Position numbers and translations under genes: made by a program. A stretch of 63,060 bases of DNA, filler included. It is 5 parts of 5 records of this genome, joined end to end, with 100 filler letters (N's around TTAATTAATTAA, not from the genome) between each part and the next. Parts side by side here need not be neighbours in the genome. Positions count along the whole stretch, not along the records: positions 22,566 to 40,708 come from SRR31156797_10248; positions 40,809 to 55,033 come from SRR31156797_10260; 3 more parts are not named here. One strand, given 5' to 3'. Shown here piece after piece: positions 39,080 to 48,825 of this stretch. The notes beneath the pieces are model-generated. The model ran no database searches, was not told where the DNA came from, and saw nothing but the letters and a program-made list of their open reading frames with translations. Numbering within the stretch: position 1 is the stretch's first letter; the number at the start of each line of letters is the position of its first letter.

Positions 39080-40708
39080 GTGAGCATTCTGCCTGATTTT
39101 ACATCCATTAAAGATCTTAAGTACGGAGAAGATCCGGTTTTTGACGCTTGGCTTCTTCATTTTATGACCGCCAACCATCTGGAAAGCATCATTGATCCGG
39201 TTAAAAATGCATCTCCTGAACAATTGCGTTTCATGGTTGCCTTGGATGATAATCAGGTCTTTGCGCCCTGCTCGGACTGGCAGTTCAACAGGCTTGTTAC
39301 TCCGGGGCTGGAGTCCGACCTGCTTGATGTATATGTTTTTGTCTGGCGGTCACTGGTGAAGCTGGTCAAAAATCATGTTTCCGACCGCTACCAGCGTAGG
39401 CTGATTTTAAATCTCTGTCGTCATAAGTTTAAGCAGGCCCTTGATTCTTCCATCATGATTCCCCTGCGTTTGCTCAAGAACATGATCACCATTTTCCTTT
39501 CCCGCAGCGGGCTGGATGATCCTTACCGCAACCGCAAGGAATTGCTGTTCAGCCGGGGCAAGGCATTTGTTGAAAGTGATTTCTTTAAGCAGTCCATGGA
39601 GTCCTGTCCTTATCCAGCACCGGACTGTGAAAATCTTGCAGACATGCGTTTTGAACTGGACATGATTGAGCTGGAGCGTGTCTTTCGCCTTTCCAGTTTG
39701 CCGGACCAGTGGAGTCAGGCTTTGTTCGGTGAGGATTATAAGATCTTCTCACAGATGTACTCTCGGGACAAAGTTGATTTTTCCCCGGTGCGTCAGGTTT
39801 TTCATGGTAATGAAGGCGGTCTGAAAATTTTGTTCATACCGGATGAAACCGGGGGGCTGATGGCTGACCTGTTGATGATTAAGTCTTTGCTGCGTCAGGG
39901 GCACAGTGTCATCCTCGCCCTGAAGGAAGGATTTTGGTTTGATTCACCAACCTTTTGGGACCGTGAAAGCAACCACTTGCTGGCAGATGCCTTGAAGGAT
40001 GCCTTGTTTGTTTCTGAGGAAAGGATCTCCAAGAATGACCTCCTTTCAAGCCTGCGGGAGAATCCGTTTGTGGTTATTTCCGACGGCACGAGAGAGCGGC
40101 TGAACCTGATCCGCTGCAGCGTGACTTTTGCCCGGGCATGGAAGGAATCCGATCTGATCATTGCCAAGGGCTGGGGCAACAGACGCAGGCTCATAGGTAA
40201 CAGCAACCTTTTCACCCGTGATATCATTTGTTTTTACCGCAATCTTGAAGGTGATTTCAAACTTGAGCTCAAGGCTAAGTCCCCCAAGGTTAATAAGTTT
40301 ACTGAAGCGGGAATTTCCGCCAAGGCCAATGAGATTATTGCCGAGATGCAGCAGGCCCGCAGTGAACGCAAGGCGGTTATGTTCTACAGTGCCATCGTAG
40401 GCAGTATTCCCGGTCAGGTTGATACAGCCATCAAGGTGCTGAATACATTTGTGGGCCATTTGCGTGACAGGCTTGCCGATACCTACATTATCAACCCGGC
40501 GGAACATTTTGAAGAAGGTATGGACGCCGATGATCTCATGTTCATGTGGGAGAAAGTTCAGCGTAGCGGTTTTATTACCATCTGGCGTTTCCAGACCTAT
40601 GCTGATATCGAGAAGAGCTTTGAGTTAATGGGTGAAAAAGTCCCACCGGTCTGGGCGGGTAAAGACGCTACTTATTCCACCGGATGCACCAAGGAAATGC
40701 ACATTGCG
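39080..40708 (+). CDS. ARMT1/DUF89-like domain protein (3' truncated)
   Basis: DPY..K, D..GG...DL, SDG, DLIIAKG.GN motifs of damage-control phosphatases. Confidence 0.65.
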
Positions 40709-40808
40709 NNNNNNNNNNNNNNNNNNNNNNNNNNNNNNNNNNNNNNNNNNNNTTAATTAATTAANNNNNNNNNNNNNNNNNNNNNNNNNNNNNNNNNNNN
40801 NNNNNNNN
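40709..40808. other. Artificial contig linker
   Basis: N-run + TTAATTAATTAA + N-run. Confidence 0.99.
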
Positions 40809-41781
40809 TGGCCAGCAGGGGCCAGGTGTAGTTGGTGATCTTATACCCCTGGACAATGGAGAGGTTGTAAAGGGCATAGACAATCAGGGCCAGGATCACC
40901 GGCCCCAGGAACTTATGGCAGACAAACCGGTCGATTTTGTCCGTGAGGCTTTTGCTGGTTCTTGGCTTCTGGGTGACGAACAGGCTGTTGAGTCTGTCCG
41001 CTTCCCTGTAACGGGCGTAGGCGATGTGTTTTTCCGGGGATTCTTCCTGCTCCCGCCTGAACCGGTTCCGCTCGGTTTCGGCCAGGGCAAGGATCTTGTC
41101 GGAATCGGGGAGGGTCTGGTTGAGCAGCTTTTCCACCTCGAGATCCCCCTCCATGAGCTTGATGGCCAGCCACCTGAGGGGATAGGAAAAGGTGCCGGCG
41201 GCAGCGGTGATTTCCGCTGCGATGGCCTGGATGGCAGGCTCCATGGGGCCGTAATCGACCTGGAAGTTGGAGTGCACGCCGGAAGCGATGGAAGCCTCGA
41301 TGGCTTGGATGAGGTCTTTCTTGCCCTCCCCGCGTTTGATGGCTGTGGGGATCACCGGGGTGCCCAGTGCCTGCTCAAGTCCGTTACAGTCGATGGTCAT
41401 GCCGTTTTTGACGGCCACATCCATCATGTTGAGGTCCAGGACCACCGGGGTTTCCATCTCAAGGAGCTGGAAGGTGAGATAGAGGCTGCGCTTGATGCTC
41501 GAGGCATCGGCCACGTTGATGATGGTTTCCGGCTTGTCGTGGAGGATAAAGTCCCTGGAGACCTTTTCCTCGGGGGAGAATGAGGTCAGGGAATAGGTGC
41601 CGGGAAGATCCACGATCTCCACCCGGGTGCCGTTGATCGAATAGGAGCCTGACAGCTTTTCAACGGTGACCCCGGGATAGTTGGCAACATGCTGGCTTGC
41701 CCCGGTGATGGCATTGAAAACCGTGGACTTGCCGCAGTTCGGCTGGCCGGCCAATGCAATGAGGCGTTTCTGGCTGGCCAT
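40809..41781 (-). CDS. feoB: Ferrous iron transporter FeoB (3' truncated)
   Basis: GQPNCGKS, NYPGVTVE, DLPGTYSL, LNMMD. Confidence 0.96.
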
Positions 41782-41782
41782 C

Positions 41783-42004
41783 TCAGCTGACTTTAACATA
41801 CGCTGCCTCTTCATGTCTCAGACTTAAGAAATATCCGTTTATTTCAATCTCCATGGGATCTTCAAGGGGGGAGTTCCGGATTACGTTCACCTTGAGGCCG
41901 GGGTAGAGGCCCAGATCCATGAGGCGCTGGCCAAGCTTTCCCGTGGCCGTGACCTTTTCGATGCTGACGCTGCCCCCGGGGGTGGTGTTGCTCAATGAAG
42001 TCAT
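41783..42004 (-). CDS. feoA: FeoA
   Basis: RLMDLGLYPG..PL.DP..LSLR..EA. Confidence 0.95.
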   Translation of the reverse strand: MTSLSNTTPGGSVSIEKVTATGKLGQRLMDLGLYPGLKVNVIRNSPLEDPMEIEINGYFLSLRHEEAAYVKVS

Positions 42005-42071
42005 TTTTTCATCCCGTTATCTGTTGTCAATTATATTAATCATGGGTCAATTTGTTTCTTGTTCATGATTG

Positions 42072-42420
42072 AGTTTGGAACAACGAACTTATAGAGCTAA
42101 AAAAAAAGCAGGTCAAGGAAAAAGTTTGGTTAGCCTAATATTTTATTCTTTTAGAACCTTTCCCCCGACGGCATCTCTTTGATGCAGGTTGTTTTGGCAG
42201 CGCCCGGGCAGTTGCCGCAGGAGCCGCAGGAAGAACATCCTTTGGGGCTGGTGATGCTTTTCAGGGTGTAGAGCCCGGCAATGACCACAATGATCGAGGT
42301 CAGGGCGATGTCTAAATATTCCATGTTGAATCCTCCTTGGGTTGATCTGGCTCTGAAAGAAAATTATATTCTAAAGCCTTTTCTTTTAAAGTCAAGAAAA
42401 AGATTTTGGGTTGCCGAACT
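42072..42420 (-). promoter_or_regulatory. Two sigma70 promoters with three 18-bp DtxR/MntR-like operators
   Basis: AGTTTGGAACAACGAACT (42072), AGTTTGGTTAGCCTAATA (42123), ATTTTGGGTTGCCGAACT (42403); -35 boxes TTGACC (42116-11) and TTGACT (42395-90). Confidence 0.6.
42151..42324 (-). CDS. FeoB-associated Cys-rich small membrane protein (57 aa, absent from ORF track)
   Basis: AGGAGG RBS; MEYLDIALTSIIVVIAGLYTLKSITSPKGCSSCGSCGNCP..; TM helix + CxxCxxCxxC. Confidence 0.8.
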   Translation of the reverse strand: MEYLDIALTSIIVVIAGLYTLKSITSPKGCSSCGSCGNCPGAAKTTCIKEMPSGERF

Positions 42421-42579
42421 TTGTTGTTGAAATGAGGGGGGCATGCTGTTGCGGGAAACCGGTTGGCGGGTGTCAATGCCAGGCCGCCCGTGGGGGGGGG
42501 ATGGAAAACCAGGCTGTGGAATCATCCGTGAGAATATGTCTGCAGCCTGGTTTTTATTGGTTGATGCTTGAAAGGGCTG

Positions 42580-43011
42580 TTAACCCCTTTCAAGTATTTT
42601 TTTGAGTCTCTTCAGGTCGGATTTGATCTGTTTCTTTGCTTTCATCTCAGCCAGTTTCTTGCCAAATTTGATGGCGCTGAGATCGGCCTTCCCAGTGACG
42701 GTAACCTCGGTTTTATTGCCCTTTTCTTCAACCTGGAACTTGCTTGATCCGGATACGGTCGGGGAGGTGAATTCATAGGTCATCACCTGGTTGGGTTCAT
42801 ATTCGGTGACCACCCCATCGGTCTGCAGGTTTATGCCAAGAAAGGAGTTGACATACCTGTAGGTCGCGCCAACTTCCATGCCGTCGCCATTTGTCTGCTG
42901 GTAAGAGACAAAGTTTGATTGCCAGGTTGCATTGTTTTTGGGATCGGTGGCAAACTTGAATACGGATTCCACATCGGAATCGATGGTGATGGTTGAGCTG
43001 AAAAGTGCCAT
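42580..43011 (-). CDS. SRPBCC/polyketide cyclase-fold protein
   Basis: ITID...VF.F..D..N..W..VT.YEP..L..LK..LE. Confidence 0.82.
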   Translation of the reverse strand: MALFSSTITIDSDVESVFKFATDPKNNATWQSNFVSYQQTNGDGMEVGATYRYVNSFLGINLQTDGVVTEYEPNQVMTYEFTSPTVSGSSKFQVEEKGNKTEVTVTGKADLSAIKFGKKLAEMKAKKQIKSDLKRLKKILERG

Positions 43012-43258
43012 GTGGGGATGAATTCTCCAGGTGACTGATAAATTTGAAACTATAAAACCAAAGGCCCCTATATGCCATTATTCCCTTTGAAAATCAATAG
43101 ATATGTTTGTTTTTTGGAAGGGCTGGGGGCGAAAAAACGGAAAAAGGATGGATTTCATTTTCCCCCGGGTGTATGGGGAGGGGGAACCGCTTTGAACAAG
43201 GAGACGAGAGAACCATGGACAACCAAGAAGTAGGCCCTTTGCCCGGAGAGACGATGCC

Positions 43259-43831
43259 ATGACCAAAGATCTGGACACCCTTACCTCAGAGGCGCTGGGC
43301 CGCCTTTTTCCCATCATTTTATCGGACCCAAACCCGGAATGGCCCAACCTGTTTCGCCGGGAGAAGGCGCGCATCGTTTCTCTTCTGGGAAAAGAGCGGG
43401 CCATCCGGGTGGAGCACATCGGCAGCACCGCCGTTCCCGGTCTTCCGGCCAAGCCCACCATCGATATTCTGGTGGAAATTCCCAAAGGGGAAGAGGTGAA
43501 AGAGGCGATCATCGCCATCATGGCCGCCCGGGGCTATATCCACATGCGCGACCAGACAGATCACCTCATGGTGGTGAAGGGGTATACCCCCCGGGGCTTT
43601 CAAGGGCAATGCTATCACATTCACATGGCGCCCGGGGAGCATGACGGGCTCTGGGACAGGATCTATTTCAGGGAGAGCCTTCGGCGGGACCGAAAGCTTG
43701 CCCGGGCCTACGAACGGCTGAAAATCAGGCTGGCCTCGGCCCACCGGTATGACCGGGAAGCCTACACCGAGGCAAAGGGCGACTTTATCGTACGCGCGAC
43801 CCGGGCGGCCAGGAAGCGGTTGCAGCCCTGA
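43259..43831 (+). CDS. GrpB/UPF0157 nucleotidyltransferase-fold protein
   Basis: EHIGSTAVPGL.AKP.IDI; FR..LR; Y..LK; YT.AK..FI. Confidence 0.9.
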   Translation: MTKDLDTLTSEALGRLFPIILSDPNPEWPNLFRREKARIVSLLGKERAIRVEHIGSTAVPGLPAKPTIDILVEIPKGEEVKEAIIAIMAARGYIHMRDQTDHLMVVKGYTPRGFQGQCYHIHMAPGEHDGLWDRIYFRESLRRDRKLARAYERLKIRLASAHRYDREAYTEAKGDFIVRATRAARKRLQP

Positions 43832-43858
43832 ACCGGGGGGGGGACGTCAGGATGCCAT

Positions 43859-44521
43859 TTATACGGTTCTTCTTCTCAAGCCCACAAGGGCTGCAAGGCC
43901 GGCGCCAAGAAGCCAGACTCCCGCTGGAACAGGTACGGCCTTAATGGTATATTCTTCACCGAACTTCAGGTTCTGGGAGGCGGAACCATTATTTGCAAAT
44001 TGAAAGCTGTCCATCCTTTTCGGGTCATAGGCTGTGAATTTAATTTCAAAGTCATCACCGATTATTCCGCTGATCATCCCTCCGTCGGAATTGTTGTTGA
44101 AGCTGAATTTGCCATTAAATGTGTTGCTTTTGCCGTTTTCTTTGAATTCTTTTTTCTTATCATCACTCACGGATACATATGGATCACCACTACTTCCAGT
44201 GACACTGGTACCCGTTTTTACGGATTGCCGCTTTTCCCAGTCAAAACCGTCCTTTCCGAATATCAGCCCGAATGAATACTCTTTTGTATCACTTTCCTGG
44301 TAAAGCCATGCAAACCCCTTTTTTCTCCCCAAAAGATCGTTAAGTCCTTCGGGATGGCCGGAAGCAGATTTGTAATTATAATGGTCTTCAGCCGTCATGT
44401 CGGAGCTGAACAGATCAATTTCCTGCACCAGGCCGTTTGAGTCAAAGAGGCCAAAGGTCGCAGCTTGGCTTGCCGATGCGGTCAGAATCAATGCTGACAG
44501 AAGCAGTAAGTTTTTTTTCAT
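43859..44521 (-). CDS. Exosortase-target surface protein (VPxPA/PEP-CTERM family)
   Basis: Signal peptide ..ASQA; C-terminus AVPVPAGVWLLGAGLAALVGLRRR. Confidence 0.9.
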   Translation of the reverse strand: MKKNLLLLSALILTASASQAATFGLFDSNGLVQEIDLFSSDMTAEDHYNYKSASGHPEGLNDLLGRKKGFAWLYQESDTKEYSFGLIFGKDGFDWEKRQSVKTGTSVTGSSGDPYVSVSDDKKKEFKENGKSNTFNGKFSFNNNSDGGMISGIIGDDFEIKFTAYDPKRMDSFQFANNGSASQNLKFGEEYTIKAVPVPAGVWLLGAGLAALVGLRRRTV

Positions 44522-44552
44522 TTTTGATTGTCCCCTAAAAAAGGTTCTTTTT

Positions 44553-44628
44553 TAGGCAACCGGCCTGTCTCCGTTGGAGATGCCTCGGCTTTCCGTCCCT
44601 GCCTCACGACAGGTTTGGCTTTTTCTTA
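44553..44628 (-). ncRNA. c-di-GMP-I (GEMM) riboswitch
   Basis: Minus strand AAAAG-CC-AAA-CCTGTC-GTGA-GGCAGG-GAC-GG-AAA-GCC..TCTCC-AAC-GGAGA..GGTTGCC matches GEMM architecture with a GNRA loop; lies in the 5' UTR of the PEP-CTERM gene. Confidence 0.88.
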
Positions 44629-44916
44629 TGAATTTTATCAAAAATAAATATACATTTTGCCAGACCCTGTAAATACGCCATTGGTACCATTTTTTTAACA
44701 ATCCGACACCATGGCAATTGACATTAAAAAAACAGTAAAGTAAATAATCTCTAAAATATGCGCATGGTTCCCATTGCAGCCAGACCTGCCGGGATGCCGG
44801 CAAATCAATGCGTTTCGGCAATATAAAACCGGCAATATCGGAACCGGGCCGGCAGTTTGTGTCAACACTCTTTCATGGTTTGATTATTGAAAGAAACTAA
44901 AGGAATAGTTGAATTT

Positions 44917-45471
44917 ATGGGGAAAAATAATAATCAAAGAAGCGCGGAACGGTTCAAGCTTGCAGTCCCGGTACAACTCAAAAAACCAACCAACCCTGTG
45001 ACATCCAAGACGGTTTGGGATACCACTACCATGGATATATCCTCCACGGGCGCGTTTGTTGAAACCGATCATCCCCTTGAAGTCGGCTCAGAGCTGGAGC
45101 TGAACATTGACATCCCACTTAGTGCATTGAAAAAAATAACCGGAGACAGGGCCAAGGTAACTATCAAAGCAAAGGTTGTACGGAATTCATTCCAGGGAAT
45201 GGGACTGAGCTTTGATAAATTCGGTGAATTTCAGTATCTGGCCGAAGACCGGAATCTGGCTGACAATCAGGAGCCCCTGACCCAGAGAGAGCAGGAGATC
45301 CTGGAAAAAATTGCCCAGGGAGCCTCCAATAAAGAAATTTCCCAGGAACTCTTTATAAGCCCCCATACCGTAAAAACCCATCTTCATAACATCTTTAAGA
45401 AAATCAATGTCAAAGGGCGACTGCAGGCGGCCTTATGGGCGGCCAGCAATCTTTCCGAACAGGAAGCATAA
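44917..45471 (+). CDS. PilZ-domain / LuxR-HTH fusion transcription regulator
   Basis: RSAER (RxxxR) and DISSTG (DxSxxG) PilZ motifs; LTQREQEIL..G.SNKEI..LFIS..TVKTH..NIFKK. Confidence 0.88.
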   Translation: MGKNNNQRSAERFKLAVPVQLKKPTNPVTSKTVWDTTTMDISSTGAFVETDHPLEVGSELELNIDIPLSALKKITGDRAKVTIKAKVVRNSFQGMGLSFDKFGEFQYLAEDRNLADNQEPLTQREQEILEKIAQGASNKEISQELFISPHTVKTHLHNIFKKINVKGRLQAALWAASNLSEQEA

Positions 45472-45671
45472 TCCTGCTTTAACATGGCAATGTGCAGGAC
45501 ACAGGCCGCTGTTATCCGCGAATTAGGGCCTGCCGGATCTGTGCTGCCAAGGGGCTGTAATCCCAAGGCCTCTTGTTCCGGTAAATCCGGAGGCCGGCCC
45601 CCCGCTGCAATGGGAGCATGGCCTCGCCAAGGTGGAAGAGGCGGCCAAAAAACATCTTTCCATCCCATAGC

Positions 45672-46241
45672 CTACATAAACTTTTTTCTTTTTTTATACC
45701 ACTCCTGATCCCCATATAGTTTCTCAAGGCATTTAACGCATAGACCGTGGGAGAAAAGTATCTGGGAGTGACTTTCGATATATTTTTCAATGGAGTGCCA
45801 ATAACCGTCATCATCGCGAATGTTTTTACATGATGAACAAATGGGTAATAGACCTCTGAGGGTTTTCATTTCAATATGGGTATTTACCCGGGCAATTAAC
45901 TCTTCGCTGTTAAAGGGCTTGGATATATAATCAATCCCGCCGACCCTGAATCCCTTGACAATATCGGCGGTGCTTGTTTTCGCTGTCAAAAAAATAACAG
46001 GAATATCTTTTGTCTTCATGTTCGATTTTAATTTTTCACACACCTCAAACCCATCAATCCCCGGCATCATTATATCCAGAAGAATCAAGTCCGGCGGTTC
46101 GCTTGTTATAAAATCCAATGCCTTCCGGCCATCCGAAGCAGCCCCTACGTCATACCCGTTATTGATCAAAAGCGTGCCAAGGACTTTTCTGTTTTCAGGG
46201 TTATCATCCACAATTAAAATAAGTTTTTTATTGATTTTCAT
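45672..46241 (-). CDS. Response regulator (REC + Cys/His-rich C-terminal domain)
   Basis: [41 protein letters not shown]. Confidence 0.9.
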   Translation of the reverse strand: MKINKKLILIVDDNPENRKVLGTLLINNGYDVGAASDGRKALDFITSEPPDLILLDIMMPGIDGFEVCEKLKSNMKTKDIPVIFLTAKTSTADIVKGFRVGGIDYISKPFNSEELIARVNTHIEMKTLRGLLPICSSCKNIRDDDGYWHSIEKYIESHSQILFSHGLCVKCLEKLYGDQEWYKKRKKFM

Positions 46242-48681
46242 TGAATGCATCCCATTGGCCGTTTGCTTTTTCCATCCACCCGGTGAATTCATCAAGTGCA
46301 ACCTCAATGGCGACCGTGTCTATATTCTCCGCGCAAGCGATGAGGTGCCTTCCGTATTGACGAAGATCGTCAATCCCGTGTGCCTCCGCAATGGCCTCAA
46401 GTCGTTCACCAAAAATCCGGATTCTGCTGATGATCATTGCATTTTTCAAAGCGCCGCACGATGACCGAACTTCCGTATTTAACAGCAGCATTAAGTCCTC
46501 CGGCTTTTTTATCTTTTCAAAATCGATATTCCCAGGGGGAGCGGAAGGCAATGGCGGCTGCTCGGATATTGAGCATTTGAGGAATTTCGCCAGCATGTAA
46601 AGCAATTCATTTACTTTAAAGGGTTTACTCAAATATTCATTAAACCCTTTTTTCATTAGATTCTCCCGGGTGTCCATTGACGAAGATGCGGTTAGGGCCA
46701 CCACCGGAATTTTATCAGTCCTGGGATTCTCCTTTATTTTCAGTGTTGTTTCAATGCCATCTAAAATCGGCATCCTGATATCCATAAGAACAAGATCCGG
46801 CACATCTTTATCTATCATTTCAAGGGCGGTTTTCCCATTTTCAGCAGTCTCAACATGTAAGCCGATCCTGGACAATATCTCACGGACGACATCCCGATTT
46901 GATTTAACGTCATCAACGACAAGAATCGTTGCATCCTCAAAGGAGATATTTTCCAGGGCATAGGGGTCTTTGGACGTGACGGATGTCTTGTCACAGACCG
47001 CAACGGGGACATGGGGTACAATCACCTCAAAAACGGTTCCCTTTCCGGGGGTACTCCTTACGGCAATGTCGCCACCCATGGCCGTGATCAGCTTTTTACA
47101 AATGGTGAGTCCTAATCCTGTTCCGCCAAACTTACCGGTATCGAGTCCTTCATGCTGTTTAAACGCTTCAAAAATGTTATTAATTTCCTGGGGAGATATG
47201 CCTATTCCGCTGTCTTCCACGGCGATAACAAGTCCGAATTCACTCTCATCTTCTTTTGAATGGGAGGTAACGGTTACTTTGATGAACCCTTTTTCGGTAA
47301 ATTTAGCCGCATTACCAACCAGATTCAACATGATCTGCCTTATTCTTACTTCATCAAGAACAAGAAGTTCAGGTATCTCTTTTTCTATATCAACGATGAA
47401 CTCAATTTCTTTTGCTTCAATTTTTGATCTGAATATCTGTTCTATTTCATCAATGACCGATTTAATATTCAAAATAGCGGGTTTCAATTCAAGCATGCCG
47501 GCTTCAATTTTTGACAGATCAAGAATATCATTAATCAGGGTAAGCAGGCTTTTCCCCGCAATTTGAATGGATTGAACATGGCTTTTCCCCTTGTCTTCCG
47601 CCAGCATGGAAGACAACAGTTCACTGAATCCGATGATTGCATTCAAGGGGGTTCGGAGTTCATGACTCATATTGGCCAGAAAATCACCCTTGGCCTGATT
47701 GGCGGCTTCGGCGGCTTCTTTTGCCTGGCGTAATGCTTGTTCGGCCTCTTTTTTGTCTGAAATATCCTCCATGATGATAATGATACCCCTGAATATTTCT
47801 CTCAAATCCATTATCTTTGACAATTTGATGTGGAAATATTTGGCTCCGTTATGCGTCCTGATCTTTTTTTCAAAGCTTGCAGTGGAATCGTCGCTATCAA
47901 TAAAATCGTCAAGGTTCTCTGCCAACCATGGAAAAACGTCATTTATTGTTTTACCAATAAAAAAAGCGTGTTTTTTTTCATGGCTCTCCGTTTTATCCGG
48001 TTCCCCGGAAGCCAAAGTGACGGTTTTAATATAGTATTGGGCGCCCGGTGTGTCTGTGCCATGGAGCATTACCGAAGCCGCCAGGTTCAGATCAGCGATC
48101 CGTTTTTGACCATCAATAATAAATACGGGATTGGGGACGCCTTCAAAAATCGTTAAATATCTGTCCTTTTCCCTGGACATGGCTCGATTGCGAACTTGAA
48201 GTTCTTCGATGAGTTTGGTTTTATCTGTCTCAGCCCATTGGGCGCAAAAGGCCACAGTCATGCGGTCAAACATCCGTCCAACGTATCTCAGGCAGAGATC
48301 TTCATACTCACTGTTGAATTCGGCATGCCTGACAAGATCCAGCCATGCCTCTTTGTAATAAACGATCAGTCCGTGAAACATCTCCAGGCTGACGCCCCGT
48401 TCCCGATGTCTCATGGCCGTATTCACCAAAAAAGAGCAGATTGGATCATGCCTGAAATCATGCCCTTTGTTAAATTCAAAATCAGGATAACAGGTTTCCA
48501 GCCCTTTTATCAAAGCACCGGAAATGCCTTTAATACATCGGTGCCAGGCTTCTTCCAGTGAGGCTATTTCTCCCATGTCAACCACTTTTTTCGCATAGTA
48601 AAGCAGCCTTTTTATTAACCATTCTTCATGGCTGGTTAAAAGTTCCTTCAGGGGCGACATTTCATTGGGTAGCGGATTCAT
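46228..48681 (-). CDS. Cytoplasmic hybrid histidine kinase (helical sensor-PAS-HisKA-HATPase-REC)
   Basis: [43 protein letters not shown]; start 48681 has an RBS (ORF open to 48771). Confidence 0.92.
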   Translation of the reverse strand: MNPLPNEMSPLKELLTSHEEWLIKRLLYYAKKVVDMGEIASLEEAWHRCIKGISGALIKGLETCYPDFEFNKGHDFRHDPICSFLVNTAMRHRERGVSLEMFHGLIVYYKEAWLDLVRHAEFNSEYEDLCLRYVGRMFDRMTVAFCAQWAETDKTKLIEELQVRNRAMSREKDRYLTIFEGVPNPVFIIDGQKRIADLNLAASVMLHGTDTPGAQYYIKTVTLASGEPDKTESHEKKHAFFIGKTINDVFPWLAENLDDFIDSDDSTASFEKKIRTHNGAKYFHIKLSKIMDLREIFRGIIIIMEDISDKKEAEQALRQAKEAAEAANQAKGDFLANMSHELRTPLNAIIGFSELLSSMLAEDKGKSHVQSIQIAGKSLLTLINDILDLSKIEAGMLELKPAILNIKSVIDEIEQIFRSKIEAKEIEFIVDIEKEIPELLVLDEVRIRQIMLNLVGNAAKFTEKGFIKVTVTSHSKEDESEFGLVIAVEDSGIGISPQEINNIFEAFKQHEGLDTGKFGGTGLGLTICKKLITAMGGDIAVRSTPGKGTVFEVIVPHVPVAVCDKTSVTSKDPYALENISFEDATILVVDDVKSNRDVVREILSRIGLHVETAENGKTALEMIDKDVPDLVLMDIRMPILDGIETTLKIKENPRTDKIPVVALTASSSMDTRENLMKKGFNEYLSKPFKVNELLYMLAKFLKCSISEQPPLPSAPPGNIDFEKIKKPEDLMLLLNTEVRSSCGALKNAMIISRIRIFGERLEAIAEAHGIDDLRQYGRHLIACAENIDTVAIEVALDEFTGWMEKANGQWDAFNENQ

Positions 48682-48825
48682 CCATCCCTCTCCTGGGTTC
48701 GAAATATAAGCAACATCGCATCGCTTAAAAAATCCGGTTGATTCGTTTGGGTGCTGACTGTCATTATACATGGGATCGTGGCATACTAAAACCTTTTTGG
48801 TTCCGGCTGGTTACGGCCAGGCGGT

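Noticed and set aside
45484-45670. GC-rich spacer between the PilZ-LuxR and response-regulator genes as a riboswitch or small ORF
   Set aside because: It lies between convergent stops with no recognisable aptamer consensus or convincing RBS; possibly a gene remnant.
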